From assembly GCF_009914755.1 (NCBI RefSeq), contig NC_060930.1: DNA of 64,000 bases. One strand, 5' to 3'. Positions 45,040-64,000 of this stretch are shown in pieces (within the stretch, counting starts at the first letter, position 1; every line of letters begins with the position of its first letter). The position numbers and the translations under genes are program-made. Under the pieces are notes generated by a model, which was given only the letters and a program-made list of their open reading frames with translations, was not told the origin of the DNA and made no database searches. The DNA comes from the human T2T-CHM13v2.0 reference genome, Homo sapiens.

Positions 45040-47912
45040 CTTCTTGCTGAGAAATTTTCTTTAGCACCTATTTTTATTATTTTTTAGACCAAAGAAAGCC
45101 AAACACCATTTTATATTTGCCAATGCTTCCTGTATGATATTTATACCAGATAAGCTAAATTTCACCTTTACATTAGTGTGTTTTTAATGTTAAACTTAAT
45201 TTTAATAAAATCTTGTAGCCATATTTATCCAATTTTTAATGTCTGACCATATGGTAAGATTTGTATAGACGCTTTTTAACCTTTTATAATTTTTGTTTAA
45301 AAGCAGGTTAGTGCTTTAAGAAAAACCTGTTGTGCTTTTATTTTAATGTCCAGTTCTCAGAAAAACTGGGTGATATCCCTTTAACTTTACCCAATATGTT
45401 TACACACAGAATTTCCTTTTCAATTAACATTTCAAAACTTGCCTAAACCTTTAAAACAATTTTTTTTAACCATTTAATGTAGGTAAAAATCCACATTCTT
45501 ATGTCTCCTTATAATCCTTTTACCAAAGTACGTTTTACTTTCCTTACACACCTTACACATAAACTGTTTCTTCAATAGTTTTACATTCAGGAGGCCTAAT
45601 TACTTTTAAATTATACAACATTTCTTGCATAAATTCCCTTTTATAACTTTTTTTTCCCATAACTTTCACAGACAATTCTTCAACATGCCTCAACTTTCTG
45701 ACTTGTTGCAAACATCCCTTTCTCTAAACAACCAGTTCATTTATTTTAGGACAAGAATTTACCATATAATATTCCTTTTTACATAAATTCTCCCCCCCCC
45801 CTTTGTTTTTTCTCAAAGATGATAACCATTCTTTTCCAAATTGAACTTCCTTCATTTCTGTGGACTAGACTGTCTAAGGCCACAAGATTAGAAGTTAGGA
45901 TAATACATGTTACACTCTTAACTTTTAGCAAACTTTACTTTTGTTGAAAACCTTGTAAGTTTGGGATTTCAATTATTCTTTGCTATTAATAAGACCTCGT
46001 TCAGTCCATATTAACTTAGAATTAGTATAGATGACTCCTTCCTGATTCTGTAAGCACTTTAAGGCTTGGCTGAGTGCAAACAGCTCGCAGGCACGTTTGA
46101 GCAGACCAATTGTTAGGCAATTTTCCTAACTTGGCTTCTCCAAGAGTTTCCTTATCACTTACTGAATACCCATTGTGTCTTTTTCCTTCAATCACCCAGG
46201 AGGAAGCATCTACAGTCCTGTCCTGAAGGTAGTTCCTCCTAGGTCTGGTTGGACCTTTGTATGGTAATTAAGATTTAGATGCCCTGTTAGGAAACCTGGT
46301 GGGTTAAGGGAATTTTCAGTGGTTCATGTTAAATCATCTTTTTCTAACAGAATAGCCTCATACTTTAAGATTCTTGAGTCAGTAAGCTATCTTTTGTTTT
46401 CTTTTTGACTTAGGATAGTTCTGACCTGATGAGGTGTGCTCACAATGAAGTTTACTCTAAAAGTTATTTTTCTACTTTCTTCTGTTAGCGAAGCAGTTTC
46501 CACTACAGATTGAATGCATTTGGGCCATCCACGGGTTACTGGGTTAAGGATTTTTGATTAGGAAGGCTACGGGTTGTCAGTCACCTCAGGGCTTTTGGGT
46601 TACAACCTTGTTTACACTGGCAACAAGGTGGTATTGGAGTGTTATAGGGTCAGGGAGAAGACCTTCAATTATTAATTATAGGTTTTAAATTTACCCTGGC
46701 TTTTAAAGGAATAGGGTACACTGTTTTCTCTTTACTACTCTCCCTCTCTCTGTTTGTCTCTGTCTCTTTCTCTCTCTCTGCCTCTCTCTCTCTTTGACTC
46801 TGTCTCTTTCTCTGCCTCTGCCAGCCGCTTATGCTGCTCTTCTCCCCTCTCCTTCCCCTTCCCCTAGGGGAGGGACCGGTGGGAGTGCAGCTACTCTTTC
46901 TTTCCCTGAGAAGAAAGGAAAGGGGAGTTCTGAATATTTTTCTTACTACAGGAGGTTTGTGTGAGGTTCAACCCCCTGAAATTTGCGGAAGGCTCAACCC
47001 CGCAAACCAGGGGGTGTCTTGCCTTGCTGCTCTAGAAGGTTGACCTGTTTCCTCCCTTTCCCCCTCTGAAGGTCCCTTGCACACTTCCCACTCGTGTTGT
47101 CCTCTCTGGCTGCTCCCCCAAGGGAGAGTTAGGCCCCTCTTAGTGTTAGAGTGCCGGTATAAATCCCATGGCAGGATCAGCCCTAAGCTATATGAGGTAG
47201 CTACGGAACCCCGGAGAGGTCCCACTCACTCTGTCCAGCAGTAGGACTTGTCACCATCCACACGAAGAACACCACAAGTAGGGTTGTTTGTGATCATTCA
47301 CACACACACACATTTAGCCCTCCAGAATTTGACCAACAAGGAAGTACTTTACCGGCTCCCGCGGCTTCTCCTTCCTTGGTCTGTGCACAGAGTCACCGCT
47401 GCAGTATGTGAGGATCCTTTAAGCTAGGTTGCTGGCCAGTTTCTTTCTGCGTTGCCGAGAGCTCGAGTTATTCCTGGAACTGGGTGGGTCCTGATTTCTC
47501 ACCCCTGAGGCCCCCACAAGGCGGCGGGGCGCACGTCCTCACCAGAGAGAACCAGAGACTGCCCGGAAGGGGAATGTATCACGAGGGAGCCCCCAAATTG
47601 TTATAAATAAAGTTTCGGTGCTGCAAAAGAAATAGCACTCGAATATAAAATTTTCTTTTTAATTTTCAGCAAGGCAATGTACTTCTATAGAAGGGTGCGC
47701 CCTTACAGATGGAGCAATGGTGAGTGCACACTTGGACCAGGGAGGGGAAGGGGTTCTTATCCCTGACGCACATGGCCCCTGCTGCTGTATCCTTTCCCTA
47801 TTGGCTAGGGTTAGACTGCACAGGCTAAATTAATTCTGATTAGCTAATTTAAAGAGCGTGAGGGGGTGAGTGGTTTGGTGGGAAAAATGGTTAAGGGCAG
47901 AGCAGGAAATTG

Positions 47913-48280
47913 CAATGAGTCAGGGTGGAGCAGGTAATCAGAATGAGTCAGGATGCAGCAGGTAATCCGAAGGAGTCAGGGTGAAGCAGGTAATCAGAAT
48001 GAGTCAGGGTGAAGCAGGTAATCGGAATGAGTCAGGGTGGAGCAGGTAATCGGAATGAGTCAGGGTGGAGCAGGTAATCGGAATGAGTCAGGGTGGAGCA
48101 GGTAATCGGAATGAGTCAGGGTGAAGCAGGTAATCTGAATGAGTGTCAGGGTGGAGCAGGTAATTGGAATGAGTCAGGGTGAAGCAGGTAATCCGAATGA
48201 GTGTCAGGGTGGAGCAGGTAATCGGAATGAGTCAGGGTGCAGCAGGTAATCAGAATGAGTCAGGGTGAAGCAGGTAATTG
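47913..48280. repeat. 28/30-bp tandem array (13 units) with AP-1 sites in the 5' LTR10
   Basis: Unit gaatgagtcagggtggagcaggtaatcg; 13 units counted, 10 with intact TGAGTCA. Confidence 0.95.
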
Positions 48281-48473
48281 AAAAAGGTTGCTTTACGAGG
48301 AAGTTAAGTTTAAAAGTAGAAGGCAAAGAATTGAATATACTGACATATTTATTCTTTGAAGATAAATTTAGAACTCATATCTAACACAGGCGTGAGTAAC
48401 CGCACCCGGCCCGTATCTGCTATCTTTAAAGAGATACATATACACATTTTATGTGTATATATATATATATATA

Positions 48474-50200
<1,727 letters not shown>

Positions 50201-50408
50201 TATGTACACAGTATATACACATTATATATATGTGTGTGTGTGCGTATGTGTATATATACATATGTGTATGTGTATATGTACATATAGTGGCAATGATCGT
50301 GCTGTCAGGTTCTACAAAATCCTCTTTGTACGCAAACACTGCTGATCCAACAAACGTGACCACAGTGGAATCTGTATGTGTACATATACACACACATATG
50401 TATATACT
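50201..50408. repeat. Compound (TA)/(TG)/(CA) microsatellite interrupted by an 85-bp insert
   Basis: Low-complexity tracts on both sides of 50290-50375. Confidence 0.85.
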
Positions 50409-51190
50409 TTTTGCCAAACTGTTTGATGTCGTAGACATCATGATACTTCACCCCTAAATATATATCTCTCAAGAATAATGACGTTCTCCTACTCAATTAC
50501 AATATAATTATACTCTTTGGGAATTATACATTGCCACAATAGTAGGATCTAACACAATGTCTTCTACAGCTCGTTTTTTTTCCAGAGATGATGTAATCTT
50601 TACCTTTGATTCTGCTCTTTTGCCCCTCTCTGCTTAACCTGCTCCACTCAGGATCTAGCAAGAGATGTCACACATAAGGCCCCAAATAACTTAGGGAGTT
50701 GAATGAATGAAAGAATGGATGCATAAATGTGAAAATCCTTTCTGATGTGTCTTCAGGACGTGGAAAGGTGCATGACCCCATGTGGGAATTCAGTGACCTT
50801 CAAGCCCTTCTCATTGGTCTAGACAGAAACCTTACACCTGGCAGGATACGCATTTTGCAGCTGAGGCTCTTTGTGAGCAGTTTGGTGATATTTAAGTTCC
50901 TGGTGATTAGGGAAACCGTCAGGAGCTTGGCAAACCTATTCAAAATACAACATATTAAAATTCCTGTTAATCATAGATCTTAAAAGCACTGGGCTACAAC
51001 ACTTGGTTAAAGTACCAAAAATGCAAACCAGTTATTATGAAAACAAAGCCGGGGAAGTAGGTGGCACTGCATTGTAGGAGTCCACATTCAGCAACAAAAG
51101 AGGGCACAGGCTCTACTGTGGTCACATTCATTGCATCAGCAGTGTTCGGTACAAAGAGGCTTTTGTGAAACCTGACGGCACGATCATTGC
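50290..51190. repeat. Inverted repeat pair, 50290-50375 and 51106-51190
   Basis: gcaatgatcgtgctgtcaggtt...cctctttgtac...aacactgctgat...gtgaccacagt matches the reverse complement of 51106-51190. Confidence 0.92.
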
Positions 51191-53100
51191 ACAGGCACAC
51201 CATTGAACGAAGGCAGACTTTCCCCTTCTATGAAAGGATAATTTTCTTCTCATATTTGACACCGATTAGCTCTAGCAGAGAATTCTATTTAAAGCAATCC
51301 CTTGAAATTAGACCATGTATGCCAAGGGCAGGGCTGTGTATTCAGCCCTGTCTTCCTAGCAACTTTAGCGATGTATCCTAAGTATGGGAGGAGGGCACTG
51401 AAAAAGTGAGGCATGAAAGAGATATATCTAATAATCATGACTACTTACTATCACAACTTAGAAGAAATAGCTGGATTTCAATCTCTTTTCCCAATCCGAC
51501 GGTTTATTATTTTCCTTTTTTCTTCCAAAATTTCATACGCATCCCAAGTTTTAGCATAATGATATCAGCAGCAAGTTGTTAAATAAGTTCTGTGGGCTCA
51601 TCAAAGCAATTATCTTAAAGTGTTCTATGAAACAGCATTGGTTCAGTGCTGATTGCGTTATAAACTTTGAAATGAAGAGCACTGCACTTTAGAAACTCCA
51701 GGTTATGAAGAATTTTCTGTTTTTCATTTTGGCCTCCTTCTCTACTAACCAATGTGTTTGAAAACCTGTAATGTGACTCTTCAGGTTAGAGGGTGAGTTT
51801 TTTAACCCTTCCCCAGCTCTCAACACTATCCCTCTCCATCTCCAGCCTTTGAGTTCTGTCTAGCGCTCACCATAGGATATGTCCTGATGAAAGCCTCATT
51901 GTTCCACATCTGAGAAGATCAGTTGCTGTGCACAGCTGCATGGGAACTGGATCCAGTCCCCATCTGGATCTAGGAACAAATCGGTCCCTAGCAGCTTGAC
52001 AACTGCTCATTGTCTAGTCAAGGGGGTTGCTTTCTTTTCCTGGAAAACGTCTTCCAGGGTACATTTGATATGAAGTTTTCACTGCTCATAAAGTTAGGGG
52101 GAAGGAGACTGGAAGCTCAGGGCAGAGGTACCACAGTTATCAAGTTCTATTTGTTTTGCAAACTCTAGGTTTTCTTTATTATGTGTTTCCTTTGTCCACA
52201 TGAATCTTGTGGACATTTCTTGGTCTAAATTAATGGTATTTTCTCCTGAACAGTGGTTCTTCAAATATTACCCAAAATGAAGGAGGGAAGGATCATTTTT
52301 AAAAATCCCAAGTAGTTCTATTTTATTTGTACAAGTGAATAATTTCCTACAGGATAAAATAAAAGACATTGATAATAAGAATACTAGTAACTATTGTTTA
52401 AGAAGCATGGTTACTATTACAATAGTGGAATTTAAGGACATGTTTTGGTTATTTTATAAATTGCATTATTCTATCCTGTATCTTTTAAATTGAGTAATAG
52501 ATTTCTTAAAAGAAGCTTATAAGATATTAGTTAGAACAATCAGCATATTTGATAAATAAAATGACAACCAGTAAAACTGCCACCTCCCTGGATGAAAAAA
52601 GCATTGTATTATTCCCACTGTGAAGGGAGGATAGTGACATCAGATAAGAGTTAGGAAAGTGAAATTGTTGGCAAAATCAGCCGGTGTCTTTATGAAACAT
52701 TGTCTTCATGAAACATTGTCTTGGATGACATTTCACCTAGTCACCAATGTCTTCCAGTGACGCCACCTGTTTGCTTTCACACACCTGTGGGAAGACAGAA
52801 TGTTTGATTCTGGCATATTTTTTACAGTTTGAATTAAAACCAACTGACTGAACTTGGTGGATTGAGTGAGAAAATAATCCTTGTAGGATAGTCTTCTCCA
52901 CCTGGTAGTGATGCACTCACTTTGAGGCTAATGATGCAGGTGAAAAAAAAAATCTTTGCTTTGACAACTCCTGTCCCTAAAGAAAGTACTGTGCAGAGAA
53001 GCAGTTAAGATCCTAAACCCTGGACTCCAACAAAGTAAGGTTAGACTACTTTCTAGCTGGGCAAACTTTAGTAAGTTAACTTCTTCAAGAATCTATTTCT

Positions 53101-53485
<385 letters not shown>

Positions 53486-54141
53486 TTACATGGTGCCTGG
53501 CACATAAGTGCTTAATAAACAATTGCAATTAGTATTATTAACTCTAATCAGATATTGTTGTTTTAAACAAGGGAGTCACTCAAAAAGGTACATGCAGACT
53601 TCTCTGTAAGAAAAAAAAAAAATATATATATATATGTTTACACACACATACACATACACACACACACAAATATATAAGGCTAGGTCTTAATGCCTCTTTC
53701 CTCAAATCAAAGCAAAAATCTGTTTCCTTGTCCAGTTACTTCTATTTAGTTTGGGAATTAGGCCTTCCAGTCCATGCATTTAATTCTATTCCTGGCCTGC
53801 TTAAATTAGAATGAGCCTCAAAGATAGAAGACCAAGACATACAGGTGCTTGTATACCTATATACAACAAGGTATATAGGTATTTATTTTCATATTCAGAA
53901 AAAAATCTAGTTTTTACCCATACATTCATTCAAGACACATTTATTAAACACCAAATTGGTAGCAAGAATGAACATATTAGTAATAATTTTTCTCTCAGAA
54001 AAATATATCCTATTTTCTATATTTATTTTCTATAGATTCTCTTTTAATGTTTGTTTGCATCTTGCAAATTTCCATGTTACTTTCTGGCTTAACTACCTCA
54101 GGCTGGGCACGGGAGATGATTCTATGGAGAGTTAAAACTTT

Positions 54142-54462
<321 letters not shown>

Positions 54463-54577
54463 TAAATATATGTATAATATATAAAAACCAAGGATAAAAG
54501 TGATGCTTAAAAATAAACTCATTTGAGTTATAGGAGTAGAAACGGAGTGCCCCAAATGCCCCTGGTAAAATGGATGC

Positions 54578-54900
54578 ACCCAGGCACAGTGGCTCACGTC
54601 TGTAATCTCAGCACATTGGGAGGCCAAGGCGGGTGAATCACTTGAGCCCAGAGGTTTGAGACCAGCCTGGGCAACATGGTGAAAACCCCATCTCTACAAA
54701 ACATTTTAACAAAATTAGCCAGGTGTGTTGATGCACATTTGTCCCAGCTACTCAGGAGGCTGTGGTGGGAGGATCACTTGAGCCCAGGAGGTCAAGGGTG
54801 CAGTAAGCCATGATGGTGCCACTGCACTCCAGCCTGAGTGACAGAGTGAGACCCTGTCTCAGAAAAATGAAAATAGAAGTAAATAAATAAAACAAAATTT
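54578..54900 (+). mobile_element. AluJ (3' part of the composite at 54101-54914)
   Basis: Dimer with AluJ features; ctacctca after the tail. Confidence 0.9.
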
Positions 54901-55204
54901 AAAAGTCTACCTCATATTTGAAAACAAAGTCTGTATCACTGTACTAATTTTATGTGAAGTCAAAATTACAGAATACCCAATGCTTGTGAACATTTTAAAA
55001 AGGTTTCTAGAGGGACAAAAATGCTAGCACTCATTCTATTTGTGAGCAATCATCTTTTTTGAAGTGGAAAATCTAGAATGTTTCTCATCTAACCTAGAGA
55101 CTCTGAAATGCCCACTAATGGAGAGCCAGTCTGGTGGTGTATAACCTTCATGTCTGACCTGGGATTCTGTGGATCATGTGTCTCATCCACTGTATTTCAG
55201 TGGT

Positions 55205-55336
55205 TTTGTTTTGTTCGTTTGTTTTTGTAGAGCCAGGGTTTCACCATGTTGCATAGGCTGGTCTTGACTTCCTGGGCTCACCCACCTCAGCCTCCCAAAG
55301 TTCTGGGATTACAGGGGTGAGCCACCATGCCTGGCC
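55205..55336 (-). mobile_element. Alu left monomer
   Basis: Antisense left arm. Confidence 0.8.
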
Positions 55337-56196
55337 AGAATGGCTATTATTAGAAAGATAAAAAATAACAGATGCTCGGGAGGATGCAGAGAAAAGGGAA
55401 CTCTTATACACTGTTGGAGAGGATGTAAATTAGTACATCTTCTATGGAAAACAGTATGGATATTTCTCGAAAAACTAGAAATAGAACTACCATATGATCC
55501 AGCAATCCCTCTACTGAATATTTATCCAAAGGAAAATAAATCAGTATTTCAAAGGGATACCTGTACTCACATATTTATTGCAGCACTATTCACAATAGCC
55601 CAGATACAGAATCCATCTAAGTGTCCATCAGTGAATGAATGGACAAAGAAAATGTGGTACTGATACACAATGGAATATTACTCAGCCATAAAAAAGAATG
55701 AAATTCTGTCATTTGCAGCAACATGGTTGGAACTGGAGATTATTATGTTAAGGTAAACACAGAAGGACAAATATCACATGTTTTCACACATATATGGGAG
55801 CTAAAAATGTTGATGTCATAAAGGTAGAGAATAGAATGATGGTTCCCAGAGGCTAGGAAAAATGTGTGTTGGGGAGGGGGCACGAAGAGAGATTGGTTAA
55901 CAGGTACAAACATGCAATTAGATAAAGGGAATAAGTTCTAACGTTCCATTGCAGAGTAGGGTGACTATAGTTAACAAAAATGTATCGCATATTTCAAAGT
56001 ATATATTCCAAATAACTAGAAGAGAGGACTTTACATGATCCTAACACAAAGTGATGAGAAATTGTTGAGGTGATGAACACCACAAACACCTTGACTTGAT
56101 TATTATACAGTCTCTGCATGTAATAAAATATCACTTCTACCCCATAAATATGTATAAATATGTGTATCAATAAAAAATTTTAAAAACAACAAAAAA
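55337..56196 (+). mobile_element. L1MA-type 3' fragment (ORF2 C-terminus, 3'UTR, A tail)
   Basis: ORF 55340-55663 ([16 protein letters not shown]...[11 protein letters not shown]...FIAALFTIA) is the L1 ORF2 cysteine-rich end; aataaa and an A-rich tail follow. Confidence 0.92.
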
Positions 56197-56375
56197 GCAC
56201 GAATGGTAAAATTCCACCCGACTAATCATCTCTTGATCACCAACCCAAAACATCTAGTAGGCAAGTTCTGGCTTATGTCCAAAGAAAAGCCATTGCTTAC
56301 TTCAGCAAATTGAGGTTTTTAGCTCAACATCCAAAATGGAATGGAAGACACAGCTAGTTAAGAAGTGGTACTGGC

Positions 56376-57032
<657 letters not shown>

Positions 57033-57808
57033 GTAGTGGTGACAATAGAAAATGACATTACTATATGTAGGTATCTGCCAAGGATGTAAAATGAGAAGCA
57101 CTTTGAAATAATAGACAGTAGACTCTACTTGGTATTGTGAAAATAATGTGTGATAAGAGGTCCTGTGGATGAATTTTGCACTTGACATCATTTTGTACCT
57201 GGGAAAGTGATTTGATAAATAGAAACACTAAAATATGCCACAGTGCATTTTTATTTACACAAATAATTCACACAGTCTTTTTTAATTTGCAGAACATCTC
57301 GACAATTAGAAAGTCTTCAGTGGAGCTGGGAAACTGAAAACTTTCCAGGGGAAGCAGAAACCCAGGTTCTGTTACTTTGCTTCTGGAGACTTGAGCTTTG
57401 ATTGTAAGTGAATTCCAGCCCTCTTGGCAGGTAGGGGAAGGAGCCCGGGATACTCCTATATAGTCCTTATTTATCCACAGGCAAAGTACAGCCTGTGGAA
57501 AGATTTTCCTGAATTGCCTTAATTTTATGTTTTACCTCTGCTCTGAGGCCAATTCTCCTGTGGCTAAAAGAGCAGTTTACAATTCACTACCAGAATAACC
57601 TGGGCTTTCTCCAAAAATGGTCGTGCCCAGTACATCTTCCCAAAGGAATTACACTGCTGTTACCAGATGATTTCAGCCAGATGAGAAAACAGTCTGCAGC
57701 CAAGAAATTTAGGTCAAAAAGTGCCCTGGTGAATACATATGGGGAATTTGAAAGGAAGACATGAAATAAATCTAAACATACAATGTTGTAGAAATAGTGT
57801 AGGGCATC

Positions 57809-58025
57809 ACATTCACAATGGGGAGGTGATTTTGCCCCCAGGGGACATTTGGTAATGTCTAGAGACAATTTTGGTTCTCACAATTGGGGGTGACAATGAG
57901 GGTGCTACTGGCATCCAGTGGGTAGGAGCCAGAGATGCCACTAAACATCCTACAGTGGACAGGGCAGCCCCACAGGAAAGAATTCTCCAGCTCAAATGTC
58001 AACACTGCTGAGCTTGAGAAACCCT
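57809..58025. mobile_element. MER20 hAT-Charlie element
   Basis: gattttgcccccaggggacatttgg...gctactggcatccagtgggtag...tgagaaaccctg. Confidence 0.9.
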
Positions 58026-58431
58026 GTGTCAGAGGAAGCAAAGTAAGTTTGGATTCACGGAACAAATGTGCCAATGAGGAGTCTGCATGGATTTTTATAG
58101 ATTTGTGAATTTGCAGGGGGCTTTTTGCATAGCTGTCTTTTTGCAAAGAGTTCATGGCACTCTGACCTGAATCTGGGGTGCAGGTGAGAAGGGAGACTGT
58201 CCCATGTGAAGCACTATTTGGGGCAGGTACCTGAGATTTTTCCAGATGTCTGTAGTGATGATGGCTGGACAGGTGGAGCACTCTCACTGCTGGCCCAGGA
58301 AGGACCACCCTGCTGCCCCAGTCCTTTGAACACACCCATGTTTGGGGGCAAAACATGGGCTGAGACCCAAGCAGGGCTGAGACACAAGTTTATGGCTGTG
58401 ATTGTGTGATCCCAGGTTGGACTAATCAGAG

Positions 58432-62210
<3,779 letters not shown>

Positions 62211-63353
62211 TAGGACTTCCTGAGTTTTGTCACAGGTACATCCTTAACCTTGGCAAAATAAACTTTCTAAATTGATTGAGACCTGTCTTGCATACTTTGG
62301 GTTCACAAATTGGTAATCATGAAGGGATTGTGAGTGGAAGGGCCCCTGACCTTTGACAAATCTGTTGTTGCTTGGTACCAGCTTGAGCTATCCCTATGGC
62401 TCAAACCAACAGGAAAATTTGCTGAGGCCTAGGCACCCCCTCCCTCCAGGGTATCACTGTTCTCTCAAAATTTGGTCAAGTTCTGAAGTTTTTTTTGCTG
62501 TGCAAGTACTTTTGTGGAGTTTTGCTTGCTTCCAACAATGAAGGCAAGTTTTCCTGCTTCCATGATGATGGAAGGCAGGCAACTCTTTTCTGGACTTGCA
62601 GCTCACTTCCAACAGGCAAGGCAAGTTTGAGTTTTTCTCCTGTTTCTAGGATGGTAGAGAGCAGTCTTCAACCTGGGACCCATTCCTAGGTAAGTAGCTG
62701 AATTGTTCTTTTTTTTTTTGTCTTGGAAATTCTTCTTAATCACTAAAGTTAAGATTCACAACCAGCTAGTATTAATTACGCCTTACCATTAGAGCGCTCA
62801 GTAATCGTATAAATTGTGCAATTGTTTGTTTTGCTTAACTCTTTTGTTGTTGTTGTTTATTTGTTTCTGTTTTGTTGTTGTTTTGGTCTTTTTCCCATTG
62901 GGTTTGACCAACTCCATCCAACTTGATCAAATCCAAAGAAAAGTTTCAAATTATAGGGAACAAGTCCTCTGAATTGGCTACATTCCTGCAGCTGGAAAAA
63001 AAAAAAGGAAAAAGAAAAAAATGGCCAGCAAAAGGGAAAAAAAGGGAACGATTTTTGATTTTGACTGCCCTAGGGGCTTTATTTCCATAACAAGGCCACG
63101 TTTTTGCTAGCCAAGCCACACTGAAAGAGAGCAATGGCTGTTGCCCCACTGCAGTTCAATAGCTTAGTTCTGCCCTTTTTTTCCACTACTACAGCCTGGG
63201 TTTGGTTCCTAAATCAAGTCCTTTTCGGTTTGATATTTGTGCTACTTTTGAAATATCAGCAATTTGGCCCAGCTAAAATATGGTAATAAGATTTTAAAAA
63301 TTTGTTCTAAGGAGCTCAGTGGTTAAAAGTCAGCTTAATTAAAAGCTAATATC

Positions 63354-63406
<53 letters not shown>

Positions 63407-64000
63407 TGTTTATTTAAAAGATCTTTTTTTCCTCTCGTAGAACCTTGTTTTTATAAGAAAAGTTTTTTTTCTTTCTTTCTTCTCAGTTGACCGAAATCTG
63501 TTTTCTACGTTAACTTTTGCTGCCTCTCCTTGCTCTTGACACATTGCTACATGAGAGACCTAAAACATTTTCTAACAGCCTGTGATTCCTTAAAGAAAGC
63601 AGAGAAGGTGTCAGACTCCCCTTTGGGGTGAAACCTCTGTTTTTTATTTTGGAACCCTAAAAGTGTAAACAGACAAGTTCATCCTATATCTTAAATTCCT
63701 TGCTTTTGTATTGTGTTACCTGATGTTTTTTTTTTTTTTCTGACTAAAATAGTTACTTCAGCAGAGTCTACTCTTGGGTGTTTTACTTAAGGAAGAGTGT
63801 AGTTTAGACACTTAGAGAAATGTCTTTATTAAAAAATAGGTACACTGTAAAAGCATCATGTGTTCTAGTCTCAAAAAATTATATGTTTTGGGAGACACAG
63901 GATTCAGTGTGGGCTCTGCCCAGAGCTCAGAGATCCAGTTAAAAGCTAGAGACTAAATTTAGAACTACCTATCTAAATAAAATTGGTCTCCTTATACAAT
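62211..64000 (+). mobile_element. Second MER4-group element: 3' end of its 5' LTR (to 62307), PBS and internal region running off the window
   Basis: aataaactttctaaattgattgagac...gggttcaca followed by PBS-like tggtaatcatgaagggat; (TG)n at about 63356-63408. Confidence 0.8.

Larger units (their letters stand above)
42137..48386 (-). mobile_element. HERVIP10-group provirus (HERVIP10FH-like, gag and most of pol absent) with LTR10-type LTRs
   Basis: LTRs at 42137-42644 (3') and 47599-48386 (5'); 4-bp TSD CAGG (42133-42136 and 48387-48390); Pro-like PBS at 47578-47595; PPT at 42646-42656; env and integrase remnants. Confidence 0.9.
41839..48411 (-). mobile_element. AluS split by the provirus (41839-42136 plus 48387-48411)
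   Basis: ...gggattacagg | provirus | caggcgtgagtaaccgcacccggcc; Alu TSD atctgctatcttta on both outer flanks. Confidence 0.92.

Noticed and set aside
47913-48280. Regular 28-bp repeats superficially like a CRISPR array
   Set aside because: Head-to-tail units without unique spacers, inside a primate LTR, with no cas genes.
55340-55663. 107-aa ORF with a cysteine-rich motif
   Set aside because: L1 ORF2 C-terminal remnant, not a host gene.
57859-58356. 165-aa ORF
   Set aside because: Partly MER20-derived, no domain or splice support.

Overview
Primate, almost certainly human, genomic DNA: AT-rich, CpG-depleted and dense in Alu, L1, L2, MIR, MaLR and ERV1 repeats. The only host-gene part I recognise is the non-coding first exon and promoter of AGPAT4 (LPAAT-delta) on the minus strand at about 6.26-6.39 kb, recognised from memory of its 5'UTR. 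That would make 1-6260 intron 1 and the rest the upstream intergenic region (6q26, towards PRKN, recalled). The upstream region holds an LTR8A-flanked non-autonomous provirus (24.2-32.3 kb) and a HERVIP10/LTR10 provirus inserted inside an Alu (42.1-48.4 kb). The 5' LTR of that provirus has a 13-unit AP-1 tandem array against 3 units in its 3' LTR. There are also solo LTRs (MER4E-like, MLT2A, LTR9-like, MLT1, MST) and two head-to-head MER4-group elements at the right end. The least explained signals are two inverted, locally templated insertions: an Alu plus about 140 bp of flank copied from 14.2-14.6 kb into another Alu site at 54.1-54.9 kb, and an 85-bp inverted copy inside a microsatellite at 50.3 kb. 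No intact protein-coding gene is supported. Repeat subfamily names are by eye and need RepeatMasker/Dfam confirmation.
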